A DNA stretch of 64,000 nt from Callorhinchus milii (taxonomy: Eukaryota): NCBI RefSeq assembly GCF_018977255.1, contig NW_024704742.1, forward strand, positions 61,506,001 through 61,570,000, in the 5' to 3' direction. This document shows positions 50,186 to 62,180 of this stretch, piece after piece (the first letter of the stretch is position 1; every line of letters starts with the position of its first letter). The notes below the pieces were generated by a model. The model searched no databases. It saw only the letters and a list, made by a program, of their open reading frames with translations, and had not been told where the DNA came from. The position numbers and the translations under genes are program-made.

Positions 50186-52367
50186 ATATGTCACACATTT
50201 CATAAAGTTTGTGTTTTGACTGGATTGATTTTGCTTGAAAGTATATTCATGTTTGTCCTAAACTGATTGCCATTGAAATGTCTGATTACGTGAGTACTGT
50301 GTGAGGCAAATGTGTATATGTGCATTTACATGAGGTACTGACCCTGTTTAGGAAACCCACTGGAAAGGCAGGATTACAGAAGCAGTAAAACACACCATCA
50401 CAACCACTGTCATAAGATTTTAAATGGGATTGAGAAAGTATAATAATATTATAATCCTTGCATTTGATATAGAGCCTTTTCACATTGTTGATAGTCTCAA
50501 AGCGCTTCACAGAATATATTTTAAAGTGGATTGACTGTGCAATTTATCGGCGAAATGCAGCTCACGGGAGGTAAATCCAGAACAATACTTTTGATTGTAC
50601 TAAGATACGAAGACACAGAAATCTTTGAAGGGCAATTTCAGACACCAGGAAATATTTATTTACTTAGAAGGTAACTATTATTTGGAATGGGAGACCAGGA
50701 ATGGTGGTTGGGGCCAGGAGGCTTGATAACTTGGTGCTATAATTGGAGGACAGTAGGGTGGGTATTAATAATAATAATCTTAATAATAATAATCCTTACA
50801 TTTTATTTAATGCCTTTCACTAGGAGGACATCACAAACCACTTTACAAGATATAAACTAAAGTGGAGTAACTGTGTGTTTTGTGAGTGAACATGACAACC
50901 AATTTCACCACAGCAATGTCCCACAAATAGCCATGAAGCGAGTGACCAATTTTATTTGGGAGCTTATTTGGATGAAACTCCCAAAGGGATGAACGTTTTG
51001 GAAGGACGATATCAAATCGGTTGGAGGGCCTTTTTTATCCAAACCTCTTTTGTGATTATCTTCACTTAATGCAGGAACATGCTCAAGAACACCCATTAAT
51101 GACCATGGCAGGCAAGGGATAATAAATCATAAATGTAAGCATTATTATGGCAGGTGCCATAACTGTCTCCATTTCTGACATCAAATAAACAATGTGCCTT
51201 TCGATTTCAAAATACAGGTCAATTGCTCTGAAAGACTCTTCAGTAAATATTTAAGAGATTCAATTGACTTTCCTGTAAAACATTTGCAATTCTGATTTTA
51301 GAATGTTTTCAGCTAGGAGCAGGATATTGATAGTATGAGAAATATTTCTAAATTTTATAAAATGACTGGGTTCCCCTGTGATGTGATTACCAGCATCTGC
51401 TAAATTTAACAAATGGGCCACAATAACTCTCATTGAGATTTTAAATGCTCAATAGGCACCACACGGGAAATACTGTATGAGTTATTGGCAATGCATAAAA
51501 TATTGTTTTCCTAAGTTAGTAAACAGTCTGGTTTGAAATTGAGATTTAATGAAAATAAAATAAAATTACTCATATCACCTATTCTAATGTCAAAACTAAT
51601 AGTTGTGTGATAGTTCACCAGGGAGAAATAATGGGCACCTGCCATAAAAAATAATCATAGCTTAAAAAAATTGATTTTTCTTCTGAGTAAGTGTACATAG
51701 CTCATTGAGAATTGTAATACTGAACGACACATGATAACTGCCATGATATGATCACAAAACACACAATTACTCCACTTTAGTTTATGATAACTATCACGGA
51801 AAGCCTGCATCCATTTTACAAGCCAACAACAGCCACTTTTCTTTCAATGTTTGTGATCTATAAATAATATAATAATAATCTTTGCTTTTGATATAGCGCT
51901 TTTCATGTCTTCTAGGCGTCTACATTATAGAATATACTGTAAAGTGAATTGACTGTATATTTGTGGGCAAAACGTGGGCAAGAGAGCTACCACTGAGGCA
52001 AGCTGATAAACAGGATTTGTGAGGTTAATTTGTTAATACAGAGAACACAACTCGATGTAAAATGGAGACGTGCAAATGCAATCCAATATGTACTTGTTCT
52101 CATCAATATAAAGACCACAACTTGATGTAAAAGGAAGATAGCGCAAGTAAAACAACAACAAATTACATTTGTATAGAGCCATTTATGTCAATCAAACCAA
52201 TACGTACCTTGTTGCACTCATATAGAGATAACAACTATTTATATTTCTATAATGCCTTTCACGTTGGAAAAATATCTCAAAATGTTTCACACAGCTGATT
52301 GGGAGCAACTACTGGCTGCTGAAAGGCTTCCTATTGTTTCATACATGGACATGATTCTACATAATTT

Positions 52368-52494
52368 CTTAGAATCATAGAATTATACTGCACAGAATGA
52401 GGCCATTCGGCCCATTGTGTCTGTGCCGGCTCTTTGAAAAGAGCTGTCCAAATCAATCCCACTCCCTCGCGCTCTCCCCATAGCCCTGCAAACT
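52368..52494 (-). mobile_element. CR1 3' end
   Basis: TAGAATCATAGAAT..GCACAGAATGAGGCCATTCGGCCCATTGTGTCTGTGCCGGCTCTTTG; sister copy at 7748-7821. Confidence 0.8.
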
Positions 52495-53974
52495 TAAAAG
52501 TTTAAAGAGAATTGATGTGGCAGTATTTCTCCAGGGAATCTGTATTTAAGTTCCTTGGACTTTGGCAGGAGGAAATTCTATGGGTTCTGCAGCACATTTA
52601 ACAATTCCACTGTCCAGGTTACTGCAATCATTTAATTTGAAGCACTGAGGTGTGCAGCATATAGGATGATCTGAATGAATCAAATATTTTATGAATTAGG
52701 CTTGCTCTCTATCTTTACTGTTGTTTTTTCTTGCACTAAATTCTTTAGCCAGAGCACTGACACCAGATCCTAGCATGTGAGGGGTTGTTTGTTGAGCAAT
52801 GTAATGTTGAGTAATGTAAGCTCTGCAAATATGTGGATATTTTGATGATTAAATGTAATGATATGCATTTGATATAGTGCATTGCATTTTGGAAGGATGT
52901 GTCAAAGCACTTCTCAGAAATTATTGTAAGTTGCATTGATTGTGTAGTTGTAGACAAATGTGGCAGCCCATTTGCGCACAACAATGTCTCACAAACAGCC
53001 ATGACACCAATGACCAATTTTTTACATCGGGTATAGTTGGCCAGGACACCCAGCTCTTTTCAAATAGATCCACCTGAATACAGTGTGTGTGGAATTTCCA
53101 TGCATAGGTAGTAACATATGTGCAACTCTCAGTTTGGATTATCTTAAACATGGTGATGAGTTTCCACATGTGTCAGATAACTGGTTGACCAAAGCAAGAC
53201 ATCTTAGATATCCGAGCTTATCTTGGCACTTGTCACAGTTCATCCCTTTATTTAACACTAGGGAATAGATTGATTCTCCTGTAAGCTAAATGTAATAAAA
53301 TGTTAATGTCATTACTTAGGCCATTTGCTTAATTAGCTTAGATTCCTTTAAACATGTCAATCTCCTCAACACTTGTCATCTGGCCAGAGACAGCAATTCT
53401 TGTAATATTACTGGAAATCCCTTAATATTGTTTATGAATAATATGAACAACAGGGGACCCAGAACTGTAATTTGGAGCTGCCTCCCCACCTCTCACACAA
53501 ACACACACATACACACACAAAAACATTTCCCTCCAAAGGAGCCTTTTTCATTCATCAATACTTTCTGTTTGGCATTGTAAACAATTTTTTTAATGCAACT
53601 CATTTTTCATTACTTCTGTGACCTTTTAACTTATTGTTATGCCTCAGATGTAGAACTATATTCTAATAAACTACAACAACAACAAGATTAAATTTGTATA
53701 GCATCGTTCACATCGGGAGAACATCCCAACTATTAGATCCACTTGATAGATCTTTTCCACTAAATTAATTCATTTTTCAACAAGTTTTTAATTGGTAAGA
53801 CATAATCTTTAATAATAATCCTTGCATTTGATATAGCATCTTTCATGTCAGGAGGACATCTCAAATCACGTCACAGGGTGTACTGTAAAGTGTAGTGACT
53901 GTGTAATTTGTAACCAGTGCTCTGAGACAACATCCTATGTGAAAAGTGCTATATAAATGCAAGTTGTTGTTGGA

Positions 53975-55370
53975 GGTCAACCTGGCTTAAATCAAACTAC
54001 CTGGCTTAAATTGAAGTTAACGGTTCATCATCAGACCTGGCTGGAACTTATCAAATCCTACAACTCTGCCCTCGCCTCTGCTAAATAGTCGTTCTACTCC
54101 AAGACAATCTTGGAAGCCAAGGACAACTCCAGGCTCCTCTTCTCCATCACCAACCGGCTCCTCCACCCACCCTCTCATGTGTCACCCATCCTCACCTCAA
54201 ATGCTAACTATGAGGTGATACTGGACTTCCTCAAATCCAAAGTCGAGTGGATCTGCTCAGTTGCCTCTGCCCACCTCCACTTCATTTCCACAAACGGCTT
54301 CTTCTCTAGGCCCTGCACTGTCTTGTGTGTCGTTCCTCAGGGCTCTGTCCTTGGTCCCCTACTCTTCAATATTTACATGCTCCCTCTTGGTGACATCATC
54401 TGCAGACATGGGGTCAACTTCCACATGTATGTGGATGACACCCAACTCTATCTCTCTGCCTCCACCGTTGACTCCAGGACCACTGCTGTCCTGACAGAAT
54501 GTCTGTCAGACATCAAGTCCTGGATGAGAGCCAACTTTCCACAGCTGAAAGTCAACAAGACCGAGGCTCTCCTGATTGGCTCCCGTCAGCGCCTCCACAC
54601 CTCAGGCGCATCACCATCCATGGTTGCACACTCCACCTTACTAAGCCAGTCCGGAACCTTGGCATCTTGTTTAACCCTCAACTATCCTTTCTACCCCACA
54701 TCTGTGTTATGACCTGCTCTGCCTTCCCCCACTGGCTCCGCCACTGTCTCACACCCCAGGCCGCCGAAACCCTCATACATGCTATCATCACATCGAGGTT
54801 TGACTATGAAAACTCCTTGCTTGTCGGCCTTCCCAACTGCTCCCTCCATAGGCTGCAGGTCATACAGAACTCTGCAGCCTGTATCCTCTCGCACACCAGG
54901 CTCTGTGACCCTATCACCCTATCTTCGCCCGATCCCACTGGCTTCCCAACACACAGAGGATACAGTTCAAGATCCTGGTCCTCACCTTCAAAGCCCTCCA
55001 TGGTCTTGCTTCCTCCTACCTAACACCCTACCATCCTGTCCGTTCCCTCTGCTCAGCTGGCTCCAGCCTGCTTCACATCCCCCGCCTCGCTCTCCCCACC
55101 AGTGGCGGGCAGGCCTTTAGCCACTCTGCCCCCACTCTCTGGAACTCCATCCTGCAGTTCGCCTTGCCCCCTCCCTTGCCTCCTTCAACACCCATCTCAA
55201 GACCCTCCTCTTCGACTGTGCTTTCGATCTCCCTGCTTCTTCCCCTGCCCTCCACCCTCCCCGAATCCAACCCCCAGGTCGGGTCCGAAAAGCTGACTGT
55301 CCAGCGCCTTCGGATGTCCTCCCAACGTGAAAGGTGCTATACAAATGTAATTTTGTTGTTGTTGTTGTTG
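53975..55370 (+). mobile_element. L2 with internal deletion
   Basis: AKDNSRLLFSITNRLL joined at ~54270 to [29 protein letters not shown]; (TTG)n tail. Confidence 0.92.
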
Positions 55371-56416
55371 GCAGCTAATTTGTGCAAAGTGGTGTATAAT
55401 GGATGTCCAACTGACATGAAAGATGCTATATAAAAGCAATTTGTTGTTGTTTGTATAACCTTTAGTATAATGATATCCATCTGTTATGACCTTGATGTTC
55501 TTCATTTGAACACAGACACATCCTGTGTGATGCTTGTTGGAGGATTTCCAAATTCTGGTTGCTGATCTAAATAGTATACAATTTTCAGGTTCATGGCTTA
55601 CTTCTATGTAGAATATTAGGATTATCTACTTTATCTTCCTGTTCTTGGTATATAATGTTTTCTGCTGATGGAAACTGCAGTAGATGGCATTATAAAATAT
55701 TATGGTCAATTTCCTTGAAATAAGAGCAGAGCACACTTATGTTGCTTATTTTTTAAGGGATACAGATGTGAAACTGTGAAAGAGAAAAGCTCTAGATTTT
55801 AGTCCTGAAAAACTTCTCAAAATAAGTGTGAATATTTTCTCCATTTGAGATCATTTTTATAACTACAGTATATTCAATTTTTGAATAAAGGCCATCTCAT
55901 AGGACTATAATAGTACTAAATGTAGCAGCTGTAATAGCTCACAGTAACCATCATTTTTTTTTGGTGCTGGGTGTCTGTCTGACAGGTGCAGAAACCCATC
56001 AGCATGTTTAAGAGTATCCAAACCAGACTGTGAGTTCCATATTTGTATGCTACTATTCAATTAATGATTTTGTGGGGTATAGGTGGGAAATAATACAGTC
56101 TTATATTCTGCTATGAAAACAATCAGTTGCAAAGGGAAAGTAAATTTCAGAAGTGCACTATGTAACCATGTAGCATATCTGCTAGACTGGGTCCTGGATT
56201 GATGATTGTATATGGTGCACTCCTGGTGTGTAAAACCCTGAACATGCTCTATGATCTACAATGCATTGCAGTGGCGGCACTTTCCATTTATCTCCTTGTG
56301 TTCGGGAGCAAAATGTTTTTAAATTGTCTGAATACTAAGATAATCATATACAATACAAATTTACATTTATGTAGCGCCTAAAACATTGGGAGGGCATCCT
56401 AAAGTGCTTGACAGTT

Positions 56417-56493
56417 CTAGCCCTGTATATATACAGGGTATATACAGGGTATATATACAGGGTAATGGTATCACAAAGTTGTGATACCATTAC
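56417..56493. repeat. Adjacent perfect palindrome and 15-bp hairpin
   Basis: CCCTGTATATATACAGGG (56421-56438), two further TATACAGGG units, then GTAATGGTATCACAA-AG-TTGTGATACCATTAC (56462-56493). Confidence 0.9.
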
Positions 56494-57096
56494 AATGTTT
56501 ATTTTTTTAAAGAAATTATGATTTTTTTAGGTAATAGGTTAAATATCATGACGTTTTAGTCAACCTGTGTATTATATATATATATATTATATTTACATGT
56601 TTATAACTATATTTAATTTTTGAATAAAGGACATCTGATAGAGCCTTAATACTGAAGAAACAAAAATTTCTGTAACACTTGTGCAGCACAGTGCTCAATT
56701 TTGGTGCAGACCATAAAAAATAACATTATAAAATATTGAGGCTTATGTAAGTGTCCCATAGGTGTTGCATAAGTAATGTTTTCGTATTTTGGCTTACCAT
56801 GTTGTCACACCATCTTAAGAAGTCCTTCTTGAGACACATTTAAAATTTTGCATATCTAATGACCCAAGTGGCATTTGCATTTTTCAATTAATAAGACCAT
56901 AATCAGATTTTAGCTGTTTTAAAGCTCTCTTGTTCTGTGTGATTGAAAATCTGGTATTATGTTATCATTTTCTTGATTCTCCACTCTTCCTCTTATATTA
57001 TATATTTTAAAATATTATACGGTACACATATTTTACATATGTATATATTATATATTATAGACTTGGGTATGATTTCAAGACCGTCATTTTTCCTCT

Positions 57097-57270
57097 TAAG
57101 AACATAACAACATAGGAATTAGGGGCAGGAGTAGGCCATTCGGTCCCTCGAGCCTGCCCCGCCATTCAATAAGATCATGGCTGATCTTCAGACCTAACTC
57201 TAATTACCTGCCCTATCCCCGTATCCCCTAATTCCTCTATTTTTAAAAATCTATCTGTCTCAGCCTTGAA
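57097..57270 (-). mobile_element. CR1 3' end
   Basis: AAGAACATAACAACATAGG..GCAGGAGTAGGCCATTCGG..CGAGCCTGCCCCGCCATTCAATAAGATCATGGCTGATC. Confidence 0.85.
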
Positions 57271-57934
57271 GAAAACTCTTGTTTTCTAATATATGAATAT
57301 TTGAGGGGTGTTTTGTGTTTACTAGGATAACAGTGCTACAAAACATACACATTTCTTCATTTTACATCCAAAGTCAGCAACAAGTAATCCTGCGTGAACT
57401 ATAGCACACATTAACATGGAAGTAAAGCTCTCGCTGTAATGCCCTAAAAAGATGACTTAACTCAGCCTTCAAAAAAGAATCCCCTACTGCGGCATGGTAA
57501 TATTTTAATTTTGCGCATCCTTGTGATCTTTCTAATTAAGACTGACAGTTTGCGTTTGGACCAAACCCATTGGGTACTGATAAAGTTCAGACAAAGGCTT
57601 GTGCTCAAAATGTTAACAAATTGGCATATTTTAGATGCTGATTAACCTACTGCAGATTTCTATCATCTAGTTTTACAGATTTTCAGCATTTCCACTTTTT
57701 TATGCCCATTAGAGAGACTGTCAAACTCATTCGCCAAAAGAGCGTTACAGATTACCGTTGCATTTTTTATTTGTAATAATAATTTGCATGTTTAAATGTT
57801 TGGTATAATAAAGGTGCACATGCAGTTAGTTTTCTAAAGTGCATGACTTGAGAAACTTAAATAGTTACATGAATTTAGGGCCACACATACATAAGCTGAT
57901 ATATTGGTGGGCTATTAACATTCTTAAGGTTTTT

Positions 57935-58317
57935 CACTTTGGTCAGCCGGGTGTCTTGACACATGGAGAAATCCATCATTATACTTAAAAGTATCAAAAT
58001 TAGACCTAGACTTGCACATATGTACGCCACTCTCACATGGAAATTACCTGCATCTGCAATGGAATGTGTACTCTTTCCCTGGAAAGACACAGGGTTTCCT
58101 GCTAGTTTTGCATGTTGGAACCACCATACATGTTAGAGCTTTGGTTTGCAGGGTTAACAAAAGTTGAGTGGTAAACAATCCCTGTGACTGACCTGCCTCT
58201 CGAAATCCTGCTGATTAGCCCGGCTGGCTAGTCTGTCATCAGCAGTCCTTTTTGAACTATGAATCCGTTTGGCTCAGAAACCAGACTAGAAGACCACGAC
58301 AGGGGATTAACTTGATT
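57935..58317 (-). mobile_element. Family X retroposon (3' part; 5' part resumes at ~61491-61550)
   Basis: TTTGGTCAGCCGGGTGTC..CTTAAAAGTATC..GGGTTAAC..TCATCAGCAGT..AACCAGACTA; continues ATTCCATTGCCAAACATGTCAC after the L2. Confidence 0.7.
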
Positions 58318-59850
58318 AGCCCATCTTAAACCTCCATGAAGCCTACCATCTGTTCCCTGGATCCCATCCCCACCCCTCTTCTTAAATCCCAGCTCCACCT
58401 CCTTGCCCCACTACTCGCCGACATCATCAAGCTCTCCCTGTCATCTGGCACTGTTCCTAACCCCCTCAAAACAGTCACTATCACCCCCACCTTGAAGAAA
58501 CCTTCCCTTCACCCATCACAGTTATCCAGCTATCGGCCCATCTCAAACCTCCCTTTTCTAACCAAGGTCCTTGAAAGAGCCGTTGCCTCCAAGCTTCGCT
58601 CTTTCCTCTCAACTCATTCCCTCCATGAACCCCTCCAATCGGGTTTCCGTGCTGCCCGCAGCACGGAAACTGCTCTGGTCAAGGTCACAAATGACATCCT
58701 GACCATGTGCGACCAGGGTTCCCTCTGCCTCCTCGTCTTCCTCGACCTCTCGGCCGCCTTTGTCACCGTGGACCATTCAATCCTCCTCCACCACCTCTCC
58801 TTCCACCTCAACCTTTAAGGTTCTATCCTTGACTGGTTCAGGTCCTACCTTTCAAATCGCCTCCACTTCGTCGCAACAAGCGGCTTCTCCTCCAGCCCCC
58901 ACCACCATCTTGTGCAGTGTTCCTCAGGGCTCTGTCCTTGGTCCCCTCCTCTTCACCCTCTATGTGCTCCCCCTTGGTGATACATCCGCAGACATGGGGT
59001 AAACTTCCACATGTATGCGGATGACACCCAACTCTATCTCTATACCTCCACCCTAAACTCCAGGATTACTGGCGTCCTGACCGACTGCCATTCCGACGAA
59101 GGACAACTTTCTCCAATTCAATGTCAGCAAGAACGAGGCCCTCTTGATTGGCTCACGCAAGCGCCTCCACCCCTCTGGTGCTGGCTGCAAACTCAACCTC
59201 ACTAAGCCAGTTAGGAACCTGGGTATCTTGTTTGACCCTGAACTGTCCTTTCTCCCCCACATCCGCGCCATGACTGGCACTGCCTACCACCACCTCCGCA
59301 ACATTGCCAGATTCCGCCACTGCATCACCCCTCAGGCTGCCGAAACCCTTACCCATGCATTCGTCACCTCAAGGGTTGATTACGGAAACTTCCTCCTCAT
59401 CGGCCTTCCCAACTCTTCCCTTCACAAGCTGCAGATCATCCAAAACTGCAGCTTGTGTACTCTCGCGCACCAGGCTCCGTGATCCCATCACTCCCACCCT
59501 CGCCCGACTCCACTGGCTCCTCATCCCCCAGAGGATCGAGTTCAAGATCTCATCCTCACTTTCAAGGCCATCCATGGCCTTACCCCATCCTACCTCTCTG
59601 ACCTGCTGACTCCCTACCAACCTGCCAGATCCATTCTCTCAGCGGGCTCCAGTCTGCTCCATGTCTCCCGCTCGACCCGTCCTACCATTGGTGGCCGGGT
59701 TTTCAGCATCTCTGCCCCCATTCCCTGGAACTCCATTGCATGGTCCCTGCACCTCGCTTCCTCCCTTGCCTCCTTCAAGACCAGTCTCAAGACCTTCTCT
59801 TCGATCGTGCCTTTGGTCGCCCTCCCACCTCTCTGCTTCCCTCACCCCTA

Positions 59851-60298
59851 TACTCCTTATTTTCGGCCATAAGTTGCTTCACCAGCCGTTTATTCTCTTC
59901 ATTGCTACACCGTTCAGCATTGACTAAATTCACCGCTCCCTGCTGGCTGTCCACCACAATTCCCAATTGTCTTATTTGATATTGATAATTTCCTTCTACC
60001 TCTCTCCATCTTTTTAACTGATTTTCCATTTCCTTAAGTTTTTTGTGGGTCCCCAACCATCCTCTCCACATGGCGTACTTGACTAAAGATCTGCAACTCT
60101 TTCCTCCTTTTTTTATTTCTCCCTGCGTTACCTGATCCTCTATCCATGTCACTCCCTGTTCACAGGTTTTGGTGACCCCTGGATGTTCTATTTCTAAATG
60201 ATCGGCCTTCTGCCCTGGGTTTTTGCATAAGTCTTTCTCGTACTGTTGCAACTACTTTTTATTGCTTCTCTCGTGTTCGTCTCTTTGGATTTATCCAT
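59851..60298 (-). pseudogene. gag-like N-terminal ORF fragment (one frameshift, truncated)
   Basis: AAAATGG start at 60298 (MDKSKETNTREAIKS), 1-nt loss near 60252, then LQQYEKDLCKNPGQ..WRGWLGTHKKLKEMENQLKRWREVEGNYQYQIRQL..NEENKRLVKQLMAENKEY. Called gag from its position after the PBS, not from a recognised motif. Confidence 0.65.
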
Positions 60299-60316
60299 TT
60301 TAACCAAACACAACAG

Positions 60317-60529
60317 AAAAACTCTCCCTGAGTTTTTATCTTTTGATTAAAAGAACTCCCTGAGTTTTATCCTCACAACTCCCCGAGTTGACACTTCAAC
60401 AAGACAACCTGAAAACTTCGCCGAGTTTTCTTTGGTGGTTCCCTGAACCAGCACTCCAATCAAAACTCCCCGAGTCTTATTGAATAACGACAAACTTCGC
60501 CGAGTTTGTTTTTGTGACTCCCTGAGTCA
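60317..60529 (-). repeat. Array of eight short stem-loops in the retroelement leader
   Basis: Hairpins at 60317-37, 60354-66, 60376-90, 60411-30, 60436-50, 60462-78, 60490-509, 60515-29; shared core UC-(AGG/GGG/GGC)-GA. Confidence 0.85.
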
Positions 60530-60604
60530 ATATCCCTTTCTCTTGACCCCTGGCCTTTCTTAGTTACTGATGACAATAATCTCTATCACTTGTCATGCAT
60601 ATCA

Positions 60605-60622
60605 CTTCCTTCGTGGTCGCCA
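60605..60622 (-). other. Primer-binding site, tRNA-Arg(TCG)
   Basis: TGGCGACCACGAAGGAAG: the first 15 nt match the complement of the vertebrate tRNA-Arg(TCG) 3' end (..GUCCCUUCGUGGUCGCCA, recalled); begins 3 nt after the LTR CA. Confidence 0.85.
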
Positions 60623-60625
60623 ATT

Positions 60626-61387
60626 TGTTGGGATTTCCGATGCCGAGGTTCAATAATGACCTGACAATCCAATTAAGGTGTAATAAGAGATTTATTAATC
60701 AGAGTAACACATATAAAACTAGTAAAATATTACTGGCACTACAAGTAACAGAAATTATACTACCAGTTTTGGAGCAGTCAGTCAGTTGCGATGGATTCAG
60801 CACCTTCTCTCCGATGGTTCGGCTGCCCTCTTTGTCTGGCTGGATTGTCCGCCTTACTTGACTAGAGTCAGGGTAGTTATACTTTTTCTACCTAGGGATC
60901 ATCAAGCATCTTAGCACGTACCCAACATACTCGACCCTTGCACATCCCTGTACCCATATCTTCTAGATAAGCAGACACTTTTGAAGCAAAGCAGCTTCCT
61001 CATTATTCTTCAATGCAGGACATCTTGCTTCTCCCTTCTAAGGCCGGAGCCTGTCTCTGTCTGATAGAAACATTTAATATGATCGGTACGTGTTCACAGA
61101 ATACTGAGCAGCTTTACTTAGGTGCCCTCATGGAATGCAGATTTCCTGGGTCCTTCTTGAAGCCTGTTCTATGCCTTCTCTCACCATCACAACCGACAGA
61201 CCGTTGACCTTGCAGAACCAGGATGGCTTATTCTGCCAATTCCTAAAATGTTAGTAATTTCTTTCTCCCCTGTTTCCTACCGCCATGCATATATGGGTAT
61301 TAATATACACACACATATATATATATTCACTATTAATTCTTCTATTGCTCTTCTTACAAACTATATTAAAATCAATCTTTTTTAACA
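60626..61387 (-). mobile_element. 5' LTR (762 bp)
   Basis: Minus strand TGTTAAA...CCCAACA; TATAA at 60881-60877; AATAAA at 60696-60691. Confidence 0.85.
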
Positions 61388-62180
61388 CACCCCTCCCCCA
61401 TGCTCGGGCCCTGACACCTGACTGTTCAGCGCTTTGGGATGTCCTCCCGATGTGAAAGGCGCTGTATAAATGTAATTTTGTTGTTGTTGATATTCCATTG
61501 CCAAACATGTCACTTTGGAAGCAGCTTAGTCTACCCCCTACCGACCCCCACTCCATAGGAGGCAAATCAACAGTTGGCCTTTTGACATACCAAAGCACAG
61601 GTTTGAGCCCACACCAGGTGGATGCAGGTATCAGTGAGCTTCCCAGTCAACAGCACAGATCAGCATGAAATGAGTGAGTGGTTGGTCTTACCAAGGGAGG
61701 AACCCAAAAAGGTTCATTGGGCACTCAATTTAGTGGGTTGTATATTTGGAGAGAAGTGGGTGGTGGGCCCTGTTTATCTTGTGCTGTTTATGGCTCTTTT
61801 TTGAGGGAATAGAGAAGTTATATGGAGATCTTTTTAAGATTTTACTTGCCTTAAAGGTGCTATACAAATGTAATGTTGTCGCTGTTATTGTTCTACTTAT
61901 TTACTCTGGAACCAGAGGACTGTTCCAGCTTGATGCCAGGTCAACTTTAATTATGTTACCATGATTCTGCAAACCCAGGTTGCTTTACATGTTTGGATCA
62001 AAGGAGTCCTAACATGGACCCCTGTTGCCACCCATGTTAATACCTCCCTCCTTTATCTCCCATTATAACTATCATCTATTCCTTTCCATTTCAGGTAGTT
62101 TCTATTCTTTTTAACCAATTACATTAGCTTGTAAATTTGATGTCAAATACTTATCCAAAAGGGCTATGCAACAATCTACC

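Larger units (their letters stand above)
59851..61387 (-). mobile_element. 3'-truncated LTR retroelement (ERV or Ty3/Gypsy): LTR-PBS-leader-gag stub
   Basis: LTR with TG..CA ends, tRNA PBS 3 nt downstream, ~300-nt leader, long ORF; no pol or second LTR in the window. Confidence 0.85.
58330..61489 (+). mobile_element. L2 subfamily B (58330-59853 and 61388-61489), split by an LTR element
   Basis: [40 protein letters not shown]; 3' UTR breaks at CTCACCCCTA(TAC) and resumes CACCCCTCCCCCAT..(TTG)n. Confidence 0.92.

Noticed and set aside
60317..60529. CRISPR-like repeat-spacer array
   Set aside because: Repeats are non-identical 13-21-mers, linkers are 5-20 nt and irregular, there are no cas genes, and the context is a eukaryotic retroelement leader.
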